NCBI RefSeq assembly: GCF_900232105.1
Contig: NZ_LT934425.1
Location: 2,640,001-2,672,000, forward strand
DNA: 32,000 bases
From: Candidatus Kuenenia stuttgartensis
GTDB lineage: Bacteria > Planctomycetota > Brocadiia > Brocadiales > Brocadiaceae
Reading direction: 5' to 3'
Numbering within the stretch: the stretch's first letter is position 1; every line of letters starts with the position of its first letter. The translations under genes and the position numbers were made by a program. Shown here one piece after another: positions 9,161 to 18,105 of this stretch. Under the pieces are notes generated by a model. The model searched no databases. It had not been told where the DNA came from and saw only the letters and a list, made by a program, of their open reading frames with translations.

Positions 9161-9302
9161 GAATTTGTTAAGTATTGCTAAATATTTTAATGATTTTGTG
9201 TTTTATGCCCTTGATAAATTGATTTTAGATGATTATACTATGTCTCATTTCTTTGTTGGAAAGGGGTATTATTTCTTACTGTTTAACTTTCGTTAAAACT
9301 TT

Positions 9303-9330
9303 TTGACTTTTTCATAAATAGTTCTATAAT
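9303..9330 (+). promoter_or_regulatory. Sigma70-like promoter upstream of nuoA
   Basis: TTGACT (9303-9308), 16-nt spacer, TATAAT (9325-9330). The nuoA ATG is at 9340. Confidence 0.45.
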
Positions 9331-9339
9331 CCCGGTCAA

Positions 9340-9693
9340 ATGATACAATATCTGCCCATTTTAATTTTATTCTTTGTAGCACTCGGTTTTGCACTAACCA
9401 ATGTAGGGATTTCAGAGATCCTTGGCAGGAAAAAACCATCCGAAGAAAAACTTACTCCTTACGAATGCGGCGTTGAGCCGGTGGGGTCCGCGCACGAACG
9501 TTTTTCCGTAAAGTTTTACCTGATTGCAATGCTTTTTGTTGTATTTGATATAGAGGTTATCTTTATGTATCCATGGGCAGTTGCCTTTAAGTCATTAAAG
9601 CTTTTTGGATTCATTGAAATGGTGATATTTATTGGCATATTGCTTATTTGTTATTTATACATTTGGAAAAGGGGGGGATTGGAATGGGAATAG
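9340..9693 (+). CDS. nuoA: NADH-quinone oxidoreductase subunit A
   Basis: 117 aa with [13 protein letters not shown] and [15 protein letters not shown] motifs. Confidence 0.97.
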   Translation: MIQYLPILILFFVALGFALTNVGISEILGRKKPSEEKLTPYECGVEPVGSAHERFSVKFYLIAMLFVVFDIEVIFMYPWAVAFKSLKLFGFIEMVIFIGILLICYLYIWKRGGLEWE

Positions 9694-10151
9694 AGAGCCA
9701 TCTGGGTGATAATATTCTGACAACCACCTTGACAACAATGGTAAATTGGGCAAGAAAATCCTCTCTTTGGCCAATGCCCTTTGGTTTGGCTTGTTGTGCA
9801 ATAGAGATGATGGCCGTTGTAGCGCCGCGTCATGACCTTGCACGTTTCGGCGCCGAAGTGTTTCGATTCTCTCCGCGGCAGTCAGATCTAATGATTGTTG
9901 CGGGTACGCTTACCTATAAAATGGCCTCAGTGGCGAAGAAGATATACGAACAAATGCCTGAGCCTAAATGGGTTGTTGCGATGGGCGCTTGTGCTGTTTC
10001 CGGGGGGGTATTTAACACGTACAGCGTTGTACAGGGACTTGAACAAGTAATACCGGTGGATGTTTATCTTCCGGGCTGTCCGCCGAGACCCGAGGCGTTG
10101 ATTCATGCTATCATGGAAATACAGAAGAAAATCCAGAAAGGATCACTATAA
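9684..10151 (+). CDS. nuoB: NADH-quinone oxidoreductase subunit B
   Basis: [29 protein letters not shown] and [13 protein letters not shown] motifs. The ORF track opens at 9648, but the start at 9684 (MGIESHL) overlapping the nuoA stop is more likely. Confidence 0.97.
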   Translation: MGIESHLGDNILTTTLTTMVNWARKSSLWPMPFGLACCAIEMMAVVAPRHDLARFGAEVFRFSPRQSDLMIVAGTLTYKMASVAKKIYEQMPEPKWVVAMGACAVSGGVFNTYSVVQGLEQVIPVDVYLPGCPPRPEALIHAIMEIQKKIQKGSL

Positions 10152-10175
10152 AAGAATATTTCAAAGTATGCCGCG

Positions 10176-10676
10176 ATGAATAATGATTCAATTATTACAT
10201 TAGTGAAATCTCATTTCCCAGAAGCGATAACCGATTGTTATGATTTTCGTGGGGAATTGACGTTTGTTATAAAAAAAGAACACATTATGCAGGTAGCTGA
10301 GTTTTTTAAGAAAAACGAGGAGCTTGAGTGTGATTATTTGTCCGATGTATGTGGCGTTGATAAAATTGAAACAAATGGTGTTTTTGAGGTAGTATATCAC
10401 CTGTATTCTATGCAAAAGAAACACAGAGTGCGTCTTAAAGTTCCCGTTCCCTCTGATAATCCAACCATTTCAACTGTTACTCATATCTGGAAAACGGCAA
10501 ACTGGCACGAAAGAGAAACTTATGACATGTTTGGCATTCAGTTTCAGGGTCACCCCGACCTGAGGAAGATACTCATGCCGGAAGATTTTGAAGGCCATCC
10601 ATTGCGGAAAGATTATCCCATAGATGGAAGACAGCCTGCGAGCCTGAGAGCTATCTACAGAAAGGATGAAGCATGA
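10176..10676 (+). CDS. nuoC: NADH-quinone oxidoreductase subunit C
   Basis: Motifs ANWHERETYDMFGIQFQGHPDLRKILMPEDFEGHPLRKDYP. Confidence 0.97.
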   Translation: MNNDSIITLVKSHFPEAITDCYDFRGELTFVIKKEHIMQVAEFFKKNEELECDYLSDVCGVDKIETNGVFEVVYHLYSMQKKHRVRLKVPVPSDNPTISTVTHIWKTANWHERETYDMFGIQFQGHPDLRKILMPEDFEGHPLRKDYPIDGRQPASLRAIYRKDEA

Positions 10677-11863
10677 CTACGGCTACTTCCGCAAAAACCA
10701 CTCATATGATGTCCATCAATATGGGACCCCAGCATCCGAGTACTCATGGCGTGCTCCGGTTAATACTCGAGATGGATGGCGAAACCATTACAAAGGCGGC
10801 GCCTGATATTGGATTTCTGCACAGGGGCGTGGAAAAACTAGCAGAATACAAGACATATCATCAATTCATTCCCCTTACCGACCGCCTTGATTACGTGGCG
10901 CCTTTCTCAAATAATTTAGCGTATGCGCTTGCGGTTGAAAAATTAATCGGCGTTGAAATTCCCGAAAGAGCGCAGCATATAAGGGTTATGCTTTGCGAAC
11001 TTACAAGGATATCTTCCCATTTATTGTGGCTGGCCACGCATGCCCTTGATTTAGGGGCAATGACGGTTTTCTTTTATTGTTTCCGCGAACGGGAAACGCT
11101 TTACGATATTTTCGAGATGGTTTCCGGTTCGAGAATGAATCTTTCCTATATACGGATTGGCGGTGTTGCGCACGATTTGCCCGGAGGTTTTCTGAAAAGC
11201 GTTGAAAAGTTCGTGAATGAATTTCCTTCAAAACTGAAGGAATATGAAATACTATTAAAAGATAATCCGATTTGGAAAAAACGCACAATTGGCGTTGGTT
11301 ATATTTCCCCGGAAGAAGCGATTGATTACGGGTTGAGCGGGCCGAGTTTAAGAGGTTCCGGGGTGGACTGGGACGTAAGAAAGGCAGAACCTTATTCCAG
11401 TTATGACAAATACGATTTTAACGTTCCACTGGGAGTGCATGGCGATGTGTACGACAGATACCGTGTGCGTATTGAGGAAATGATTCAAAGCAACAACATT
11501 GTTAAACAGGCCTTGGATATTCTTCCGAAAGGAGATCACATTGCCCATGCCCCGGCTGTTGCATTGCCGGCAAAAGAAGCGGTGGAAACAAACATGGAGG
11601 CTATGATTCACCATTTTAAATTAATTACCGATGGCATTTGCCCGCCAAAAGGCGAAGTCTATTCATGTGTGGAAGCCCCGAAAGGGGAATTGGGATTTTA
11701 TATCGTCAGCGACGGTTCGAACCGTCCCTATCGTTTAAAAATCAGGCCGCCGTCTTTTGTAAATCTTGAGGCGTTGCCAAAAATGGTGGAAGGAAAGATG
11801 CTGCCCGACGTCGTTGCCGTAATCGGGAGTTTAGATATAGTTTTGGGTGAAATTGATCGTTAA
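10673..11863 (+). CDS. nuoD: NADH-quinone oxidoreductase subunit D
   Basis: NMGPQHPSTHGVLRL, DIGFLHRGVEK and LPDVVAVIGSLDIVLGEIDR motifs. Overlaps the nuoC end by 4 nt. Confidence 0.98.
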   Translation: MTTATSAKTTHMMSINMGPQHPSTHGVLRLILEMDGETITKAAPDIGFLHRGVEKLAEYKTYHQFIPLTDRLDYVAPFSNNLAYALAVEKLIGVEIPERAQHIRVMLCELTRISSHLLWLATHALDLGAMTVFFYCFRERETLYDIFEMVSGSRMNLSYIRIGGVAHDLPGGFLKSVEKFVNEFPSKLKEYEILLKDNPIWKKRTIGVGYISPEEAIDYGLSGPSLRGSGVDWDVRKAEPYSSYDKYDFNVPLGVHGDVYDRYRVRIEEMIQSNNIVKQALDILPKGDHIAHAPAVALPAKEAVETNMEAMIHHFKLITDGICPPKGEVYSCVEAPKGELGFYIVSDGSNRPYRLKIRPPSFVNLEALPKMVEGKMLPDVVAVIGSLDIVLGEIDR

Positions 11864-11871
11864 AAACAAAA

Positions 11872-12366
11872 ATGGCTGAAACAAATATACAATCCGCTGA
11901 GAATGAAGCATTATATCTTTCTAAGACAGAAGATGTTTTAGAAAAGTATAAACACGGCAGGGGCTCGCTCATTCCCATCTTGCAGACGATACAGACGGCA
12001 TATGGTTATTTGCCGGAGAAGGTTGTTGATTTTGTTTCGGAAAGATTGAATATAAGCGTGAATGAGATAATCGGTGTTGCGACATTTTACGCCCAGTTTC
12101 ATATGAGACCACGCGGCAGGCATATCATTAAGGCATGCAGCGGAACTGCATGTCATGTAAAAGGCGCAAAGCAAATTATTGAAAAACTGGGCAAAAAACT
12201 GGACATTCCTGTAGGGGAGACAACAAAAGATACAATGTTTACCCTCGAAGAGGTGGCTTGTTTGGGCGCCTGTTCGCTTGCGCCGGTTATAATGGTGGAT
12301 GAAGATGTTTATGGCCAACTGTCGCATAATACCGTTGGGAATATAATAGACGAGATAAAGGGTTAG
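11872..12366 (+). CDS. nuoE: NADH-quinone oxidoreductase subunit E
   Basis: Thioredoxin-like [2Fe-2S] pattern: GVATFYAQF, CSGTACHVKGA, EVACLGACSLAPV. Confidence 0.96.
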   Translation: MAETNIQSAENEALYLSKTEDVLEKYKHGRGSLIPILQTIQTAYGYLPEKVVDFVSERLNISVNEIIGVATFYAQFHMRPRGRHIIKACSGTACHVKGAKQIIEKLGKKLDIPVGETTKDTMFTLEEVACLGACSLAPVIMVDEDVYGQLSHNTVGNIIDEIKG

Positions 12367-12418
12367 AGCTTGTGGGTAGTTTCTTTGCATTTTTTGCAGT
12401 ACATTTAATTCCCAAATT

Positions 12419-12631
12419 CCAAGCTCAATTTATACACTACAAATTATAAAGAGCAATAAAGTAAGATAAATCAATGTCTTTTCGACTAATTGAATTCTTT
12501 AAACATGTTATGTATAGTGTATATTGTATACACTACACGAATAGTTTATGTTTTTATTAAAGGAAGCGAAAACTATTGAATATACAGGCTTTCCGCATAT
12601 ATATTCAATGTAGTGTATAAAATTAGCTTCG
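12419..12631. repeat. Near-symmetric inverted-repeat element (MITE-like) between nuoE and nuoF
   Basis: 23-nt imperfect terminal inverted repeats (12419-12441 and 12609-12631, 20/23 matches), of which 13 are perfect (TTTATACACTACA and TGTAGTGTATAAA). The central palindrome TAGTGTATA-TTG-TATACACTA (12517-12537) reuses the same word. Confidence 0.6.
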
Positions 12632-12759
12632 AAGTCAGGTTAATTGTGAAATCCGAAGTTGCCAGTCTACAGACTGCCGACTGGAGACTGCCGGTTGCAG
12701 GTTGCAGATTTTCTTATTTGTTTGGTTCTGGCTTGTCCTTGTTGAGGAGTTTCTGCTAA

Positions 12760-14610
12760 ATGGTTCTTGACGAAAGGTCTGAAGGTTCAAAAGTGGATGC
12801 AATGCCCGCCAGGGCCAGGATAATTGTTGGCATGGGAACATGTGGCATTGGCGCTGGCGCGAGGGGGGTATTAAAAAGTATCGAAAGCGAACTTGCCAAA
12901 CAACAGATTCAGGCGGATATTGTTCATACAGGGTGCATTGGTTTATGTTCCTATGAAGTACTTGTTGATATAATAATCCCTGGCCGTACCAGGGTAACGT
13001 ATAAAAATGTGAAGCCGCAGACCGTCCCTCTGTTATTGGAGGAACACGTAAGAAAAGGGGAAATTGTTAAAAACCATGTATTGTCTCAAATGGTTGCGGA
13101 AGAGGGGTGCGAAGAGCCATATCCGCTAGTTCCTTTTTTTGATGAACTGATCATTAATAGACCGCAGCGCAAGCAGATTTTGAGGAATTGCGGCTACATT
13201 GACCCTGATAGCATTGAGGAATATATTGCCCGCGGCGGGTATGAAGCCCTTAAAAAAGTACTAAAGACAATGAGTCCGGAGCAGGTGATTGAGGAAGTGT
13301 CTAAGTCAGGTTTGAGAGGAAGAGGGGGCGGTGGGTTTTCTACCGGCAATAAGTGGGCGTCGTGTGCAAAATATTCTACCGATGAAAAGTTTGTTATCTG
13401 TAATGCTGACGAGGGCGACCCTGGTGCATTTATGGACAGAAGTCTACTGGAGGGTGACCCGCACGCAGTCCTTGAGGGCATGATTATTGGCGGATACGCC
13501 ATTGGCGCAACCAGTGGTTACATATATATCCGTGCGGAATATCCTCTGGCGGTTAGAAGGATTAAGCATACTATTGAGCAGGCAGGAAAATATGGGTTTT
13601 TGGGTGAGAATATTTTGGGCAGCGGATACAGCTTAAATATTTACATAAAGGAAGGCGCAGGTGCTTTTGTCTGCGGAGAGTCCACGGCATTACAATATTC
13701 AATAGAAGGCAAGCGGGGAATGCCGCGCACAAGGCCCCCTCAATCTGTAGAGGCGGGACTGTGGGATAAGCCAACTGTGTTAAATAATGTGGAAACCTTT
13801 GCGAATGTCCCTCTTGTAATGAATAAGGGGGCAGGTTGGTATGCTCAGATGGGAACAGACAAAAGCAAAGGTACGAAGATATTTTCATTAACGGGGAAAA
13901 TAAAACATCCGGGCCTTGTAGAAGTTCCCATGGGCACAACTATCCGGCAAATCGTATTTGATATAGGAGGGGGGATTCCCAGGAAAAGACGGTTTAAAGC
14001 CGTTCAGATTGGAGGGCCTTCCGGCGGTTGTTTGCCTGAATCATTGCTGGATTTTCCTATCGACTACGAATCATTATTGGAAATTGGCGCGATGATGGGT
14101 TCAGGTAGTTTTGTAGTGGTGGATGACGGCACCTGTATGGTGGAAATGGCTCGCTTTTTTATGGATTTTTGCGCACGGGAATCATGCGGAAAATGTCCTC
14201 CATGCAGAATAGGCACAACCCTTATGCTTGATATACTTACGCGGATTACTCAGGGAATGGGTGAAGAGGGCGATATTGCAATGCTTGAAGAGATGTGCGG
14301 AGAGGTGAAGACCATGTCCCTTTGCGGTCTTGGGCAATCAGCGCCCAATCCAATCAAGTCCACTTTGCGGTATTTTAAAGACGAATATATCGCTCACATC
14401 AGAGACAAAATTTGCCCCACCGCCACATGTACGGCGTTGCACAGGTATGAGGTTATCCCCGATAAATGCACTAAATGCCAGGTCTGTATACGTAATTGTC
14501 CTGTCAAAGCAATCAGTGGCAGCAAGACGGAAGTTGCTTTTATTGATAAAGCAAAGTGTATTAAATGTAATGTGTGTTACGAAAAATGTAATTTCCTGGC
14601 AATAAAATGA
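12760..14610 (+). CDS. nuoF: NADH-quinone oxidoreductase subunit F, three-domain type (N-terminal [2Fe-2S] domain, FMN/NADH core, C-terminal 2x[4Fe-4S])
   Basis: GMGTCGIGAG...GCIGLC N-terminal domain, core motifs GLRGRGGGGFSTGNKW, CNADEGDPGAFMDR and ESCGKCPPCRIGT, and C-terminal CTKCQVCIRNCP/CIKCNVCYEKC. True start may be 12802. Confidence 0.95.
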   Translation: MVLDERSEGSKVDAMPARARIIVGMGTCGIGAGARGVLKSIESELAKQQIQADIVHTGCIGLCSYEVLVDIIIPGRTRVTYKNVKPQTVPLLLEEHVRKGEIVKNHVLSQMVAEEGCEEPYPLVPFFDELIINRPQRKQILRNCGYIDPDSIEEYIARGGYEALKKVLKTMSPEQVIEEVSKSGLRGRGGGGFSTGNKWASCAKYSTDEKFVICNADEGDPGAFMDRSLLEGDPHAVLEGMIIGGYAIGATSGYIYIRAEYPLAVRRIKHTIEQAGKYGFLGENILGSGYSLNIYIKEGAGAFVCGESTALQYSIEGKRGMPRTRPPQSVEAGLWDKPTVLNNVETFANVPLVMNKGAGWYAQMGTDKSKGTKIFSLTGKIKHPGLVEVPMGTTIRQIVFDIGGGIPRKRRFKAVQIGGPSGGCLPESLLDFPIDYESLLEIGAMMGSGSFVVVDDGTCMVEMARFFMDFCARESCGKCPPCRIGTTLMLDILTRITQGMGEEGDIAMLEEMCGEVKTMSLCGLGQSAPNPIKSTLRYFKDEYIAHIRDKICPTATCTALHRYEVIPDKCTKCQVCIRNCPVKAISGSKTEVAFIDKAKCIKCNVCYEKCNFLAIK

Positions 14611-17279
14611 AAATTATCCATCTGACAATAGATGATAAATCAATCGTAGCGCCTGAAGGCACAAATATTTTTCAGGCGGCATTGGACAATAATATTTATA
14701 TTCCAGGCCTGTGCTACCATCCAAAACTATCCCAGTTTGGCGGATGCAGGCTTTGTTATGTTGAAGTTACTGAAAGGAATCAAACAAGACGCCGTTTCGC
14801 CTGTGCACATCCGGTATCCGAGGGGATGAGCGTAAAAGTAAATACAGCAGAAGTGAATCGCCATAGAAAAGCGGTAATGGAATACCTGCTTGCTCATCAT
14901 GAACTTGCCTGCCCCACCTGTAATAAATCCGGAGAATGCGGACTGCAAAATATTGCCCATGAACAGGAATCCCCTCTGGGAAGATTCAAGACGGCAAGGA
15001 TGTCTGCTCCGGTAATTCGGGATAATCCGGTTTTGGAATTAAACAGAAACCGGTGCGTTTTGTGCGGACGCTGTGTAAACGCCTGCAAGGAAATAGAGGG
15101 TGTTGGCGCCATAGACTTCCAGAACCGCGGGTTCAGAACGGTTATTGGAACCGCCTTTGACAGGCCATTGGATTGCAGTTTTTGCGGAGGGTGTCTGGCT
15201 GTGTGCCCGACAGGTGCTTGGCAGGACAGAACGCTGAAGTTCAGCGGCAGGTCGTGGGAATTCGAGGGTTTTCAGACAATTTGCCCATATTGTTCCGTTG
15301 GCTGCACAATTGTTTTAAATACAAAAAATGGAAGCGTCAGGCGCGTGCTTTCCGAAGATAAACTGGGAATAAATGAGGGAAATCTTTGTGTGAAGGGAAG
15401 GTTCGGGCATGAATTTATTCATTCCCCTGAACGAATAACCACCCCATTGATAAAAAAGAATGGTGAATTTCAGGCTGTCCGGTGGGAAGAGGCGATTGGG
15501 TTTGTGTCGGAGACGCTTGGACGAATTATTGAAAAACATGGCAGCAATACGATAGGCGGCATCGGTTCTGAAAAATGTACCAACGAGGAAGATTACCTTT
15601 TTCAGAAATTTTGCAGAACGGTACTGAGGACAAATTGTATTGACAACATAGCAAATATGAGGGCGCCATTCTTAAATAGCGTTTTATATAAATCAGTTGA
15701 AAGCGGGTTTGCAGCCGCTCCATTGAAGGAAATCGAAAATGCCGGCACCCTGTTCTTTTTTGGCGTGGATATTACCGAGGCACTTCCCGTCATAGGATGC
15801 ATGGCAAGGAAGGCAATAAAATTGAATAACGCAAATGTGGTGATCGCCAACCCGCGCACTATCATTTTTAAAAATACCGCCCCAAATGAAGCGCGACTAA
15901 ACTATTCTTTGGGAAGTCAGCATATATTGCTCAACGCAATAATCAAAGTTATTGTTGAGGATAAACTTGTTGATATTAAAAAGTTAGAGTCTTCGGCAAG
16001 TAATCTTAGCGATTTACGTTTAGCGGTAGAAAATCTTAGTTTAATTGATGTTGAACGATTGACGGGAGTTTCGCCTGAAATGATACGCAACGCTGCCGGA
16101 TTGCTGGCGAAACCGGGCAACTGTTGCATTGTTTACGGCAAAGACGTTATTGAAGACCCGCTTGGTGCGGATACCATAAAAACGCTGTTAGACCTTTGCA
16201 CATTGATTGATATTTCCAATCGTAGTGAAATTCATCCTGGCAGGGTGTCTCTTTTCTGTGCAAGATATCATAATAATTCGCAGGGGGTAAACGATATGGG
16301 AGTCGTTCCGGAATCATTACCCGGTTATCTTGATATAAACGATGCATCGAATAAGGAGAGAATTGAAGAATTGTGGGGCGTAAAATTTTCTGAAGATCTT
16401 TTATCAAAAAAACCCTTAAATCTGATTGACGCCGCAAAAAATGGGAGCATAAAATCGCTTTACGTAATGGGCGCAGATCCTGTCACGGAGTATCCGAACG
16501 GAAAAGAGATAAGAGATAGTTTTAAGAATATGGAATTTATTGTCGTTCAGGATTCATTTATGACGGAAACAGCAAAACAGGCAGATGTGATCTTCCCCTC
16601 TGCTACATTTGCCGAAAAAGAAGGTACTTATACCAGTATGGGATTGATCACGCAGCGATTAAACAAGGCTGTTTCACCTGTGGGTGAATCGAAGGCTGAT
16701 TGGAAAATTATCTGCGATGTATCAGAAAAAATGGGACATGCTTTCCCCTATGCGAATGTAACGGAAATTGTGGATGAAATAAAAAAGGCAGCCCCTCTTT
16801 ATTCATCCTTAAGTTATGACCGCCTGAAGCGAAAGGAATTTCACTGGCCTTCATCGTTTCCTGAAAAAAAAGAATCAAATACCTGCACGTTTTTTGCGAT
16901 TCAGGGTAAATTCCTGAAAGTGAATGTAGAAAAAGAATTTCCTTTCATCGTAATGACAGGTGCAAGCCTGAATCACCATGGCGCTTATTCAGCAAAATCA
17001 AGGGCATTGGTTTCGATTGCCCCTGAATGTTGTGTAGAAATAAACGAAAAAGACGCAAAGGATATGCAGATTAAAAATGGGGATATGGTTATGGTTGAGT
17101 CGCGGGTGGGAAAATTAAAACTGAGAGCAAGGGTAACAAAGAAATCTCCTCCGGGCATAGTTTTTGTGCCAGATGCATATGCAGACTCACCTGTTAATAT
17201 CTTGATATCTCAGGCATATACACCGGTGAAGATTTATACTGTTTCTGATTTGGTGTTACGCCTGAGCCAAGGTGAATAA
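14607..17279 (+). CDS. nuoG: NADH-quinone oxidoreductase subunit G, formate-dehydrogenase-alpha-like
   Basis: [2Fe-2S] domain, HHELACPTCNKSGECGLQ, CVLCGRCVNAC and CSFCGGCLAVC clusters, then CPYCSVGC and the molybdopterin-oxidoreductase fold. ATGA overlap with nuoF. Confidence 0.94.
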   Translation: MKIIHLTIDDKSIVAPEGTNIFQAALDNNIYIPGLCYHPKLSQFGGCRLCYVEVTERNQTRRRFACAHPVSEGMSVKVNTAEVNRHRKAVMEYLLAHHELACPTCNKSGECGLQNIAHEQESPLGRFKTARMSAPVIRDNPVLELNRNRCVLCGRCVNACKEIEGVGAIDFQNRGFRTVIGTAFDRPLDCSFCGGCLAVCPTGAWQDRTLKFSGRSWEFEGFQTICPYCSVGCTIVLNTKNGSVRRVLSEDKLGINEGNLCVKGRFGHEFIHSPERITTPLIKKNGEFQAVRWEEAIGFVSETLGRIIEKHGSNTIGGIGSEKCTNEEDYLFQKFCRTVLRTNCIDNIANMRAPFLNSVLYKSVESGFAAAPLKEIENAGTLFFFGVDITEALPVIGCMARKAIKLNNANVVIANPRTIIFKNTAPNEARLNYSLGSQHILLNAIIKVIVEDKLVDIKKLESSASNLSDLRLAVENLSLIDVERLTGVSPEMIRNAAGLLAKPGNCCIVYGKDVIEDPLGADTIKTLLDLCTLIDISNRSEIHPGRVSLFCARYHNNSQGVNDMGVVPESLPGYLDINDASNKERIEELWGVKFSEDLLSKKPLNLIDAAKNGSIKSLYVMGADPVTEYPNGKEIRDSFKNMEFIVVQDSFMTETAKQADVIFPSATFAEKEGTYTSMGLITQRLNKAVSPVGESKADWKIICDVSEKMGHAFPYANVTEIVDEIKKAAPLYSSLSYDRLKRKEFHWPSSFPEKKESNTCTFFAIQGKFLKVNVEKEFPFIVMTGASLNHHGAYSAKSRALVSIAPECCVEINEKDAKDMQIKNGDMVMVESRVGKLKLRARVTKKSPPGIVFVPDAYADSPVNILISQAYTPVKIYTVSDLVLRLSQGE

Positions 17280-17598
17280 AAAAAGGATGTAATAAAGTAG
17301 ACATGGTGTTTTCGTTAAACGAATCCGCACGGGATTGCTATCCTCTTTCTGGCAGCAAGACAGTCACGAACAACAATGTGACTTATTTGCGTTTTGCCTA
17401 TAAAATGGGCGGCAATTCCGGGCTGTTATTCGAATAGACTAATTGGCAACACTCCTTGGCGGATTCAGGTCTGCGACCTGAACCAATGGGTTTATATGTT
17501 AACAACGCTTTGTGCGAACGATGACGGGATCAACAATATAAAATTGAAGAAATTATGGGCAAAAAATGGGTTGCGTGGTGGACAGAAATCTTAATTAT

Positions 17599-17736
17599 TG
17601 TAACACTTTAGTTTTTTGAAAAATTCCAATAATCGCAGTGTAGGGGCGAAGCATTTGCTGTAAATTGTCATAAATGCGTTCATGCCCAAACGAGCAAATG
17701 CTTCGCCCCTGCTTTTTCAAAAAACTAAAGTGTTCA
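17599..17736. mobile_element. ~138-bp non-autonomous hairpin element (MITE-like)
   Basis: 22-bp perfect arms AACACTTTAGTTTTTTGAAAAA (17602-17623) and TTTTTCAAAAAACTAAAGTGTT (17713-17734). Inner perfect 17-bp arms AGGGGCGAAGCATTTGC (17642-17658) and GCAAATGCTTCGCCCCT (17694-17710). Possible 7-bp TSD TAATTAT (17592-17598 and 17737-17743). Confidence 0.8.
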
Positions 17737-17766
17737 TAATTATCAGGCAAGAAAAGAGATAAAAAT

Positions 17767-18105
17767 ATGGGAAAAACTAAAATTACTAATGAACAGAAGC
17801 CACAATTTGTTCAAGGTATGCCTTTGCTTAATATTTATATTATCAAAGATAACGGAAAATATATGGTTAAATGTCCGGAACTGGACATAGTAACCGAAAT
17901 GGATACCGCAGAACAAGCCTTAGATGCTATTTTAGAAATAATAAGAGAATATTCAGAAGATTACAGGAATCGTGAAGAAATATTTATCAAAAGCCCTAAT
18001 AGGTTCCATCATAAGCCTTATGTCGATAAGGTCCTTGAATGTAAAGATAAATGGGAACTATGCGAACTGATAACGGTTAAATATGGCCATATATACATAC
18101 GATGA
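17767..18105 (+). CDS. hicB: HicB-like antitoxin
   Basis: YIIKDNGKYMVKCPELDIVTEMDTAEQALDAILEIIREY is typical of the HicB/UPF0150 fold. It overlaps a HicA-like ORF. Confidence 0.65.
   Translation: MGKTKITNEQKPQFVQGMPLLNIYIIKDNGKYMVKCPELDIVTEMDTAEQALDAILEIIREYSEDYRNREEIFIKSPNRFHHKPYVDKVLECKDKWELCELITVKYGHIYIR

Noticed and set aside
12650-12705. GACTGCCGACTGGAGACTGCCGGTTGCAGGTTGCAG run, with a similar word (ATCGGCAACCGGCAATCTGCAG) at about 25384
   Set aside because: Short low-complexity similarity between two intergenic gaps. Possibly a dispersed filler repeat, but too weak to define boundaries.
17394-17594. 66-aa ORF (MPIKWAAIPGCYSN...) and a 44-aa ORF at about 17302 in the nuoG-hicB gap
   Set aside because: Short, no recognisable family. 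Possibly remnants of a lost gene, but I cannot support an assignment.
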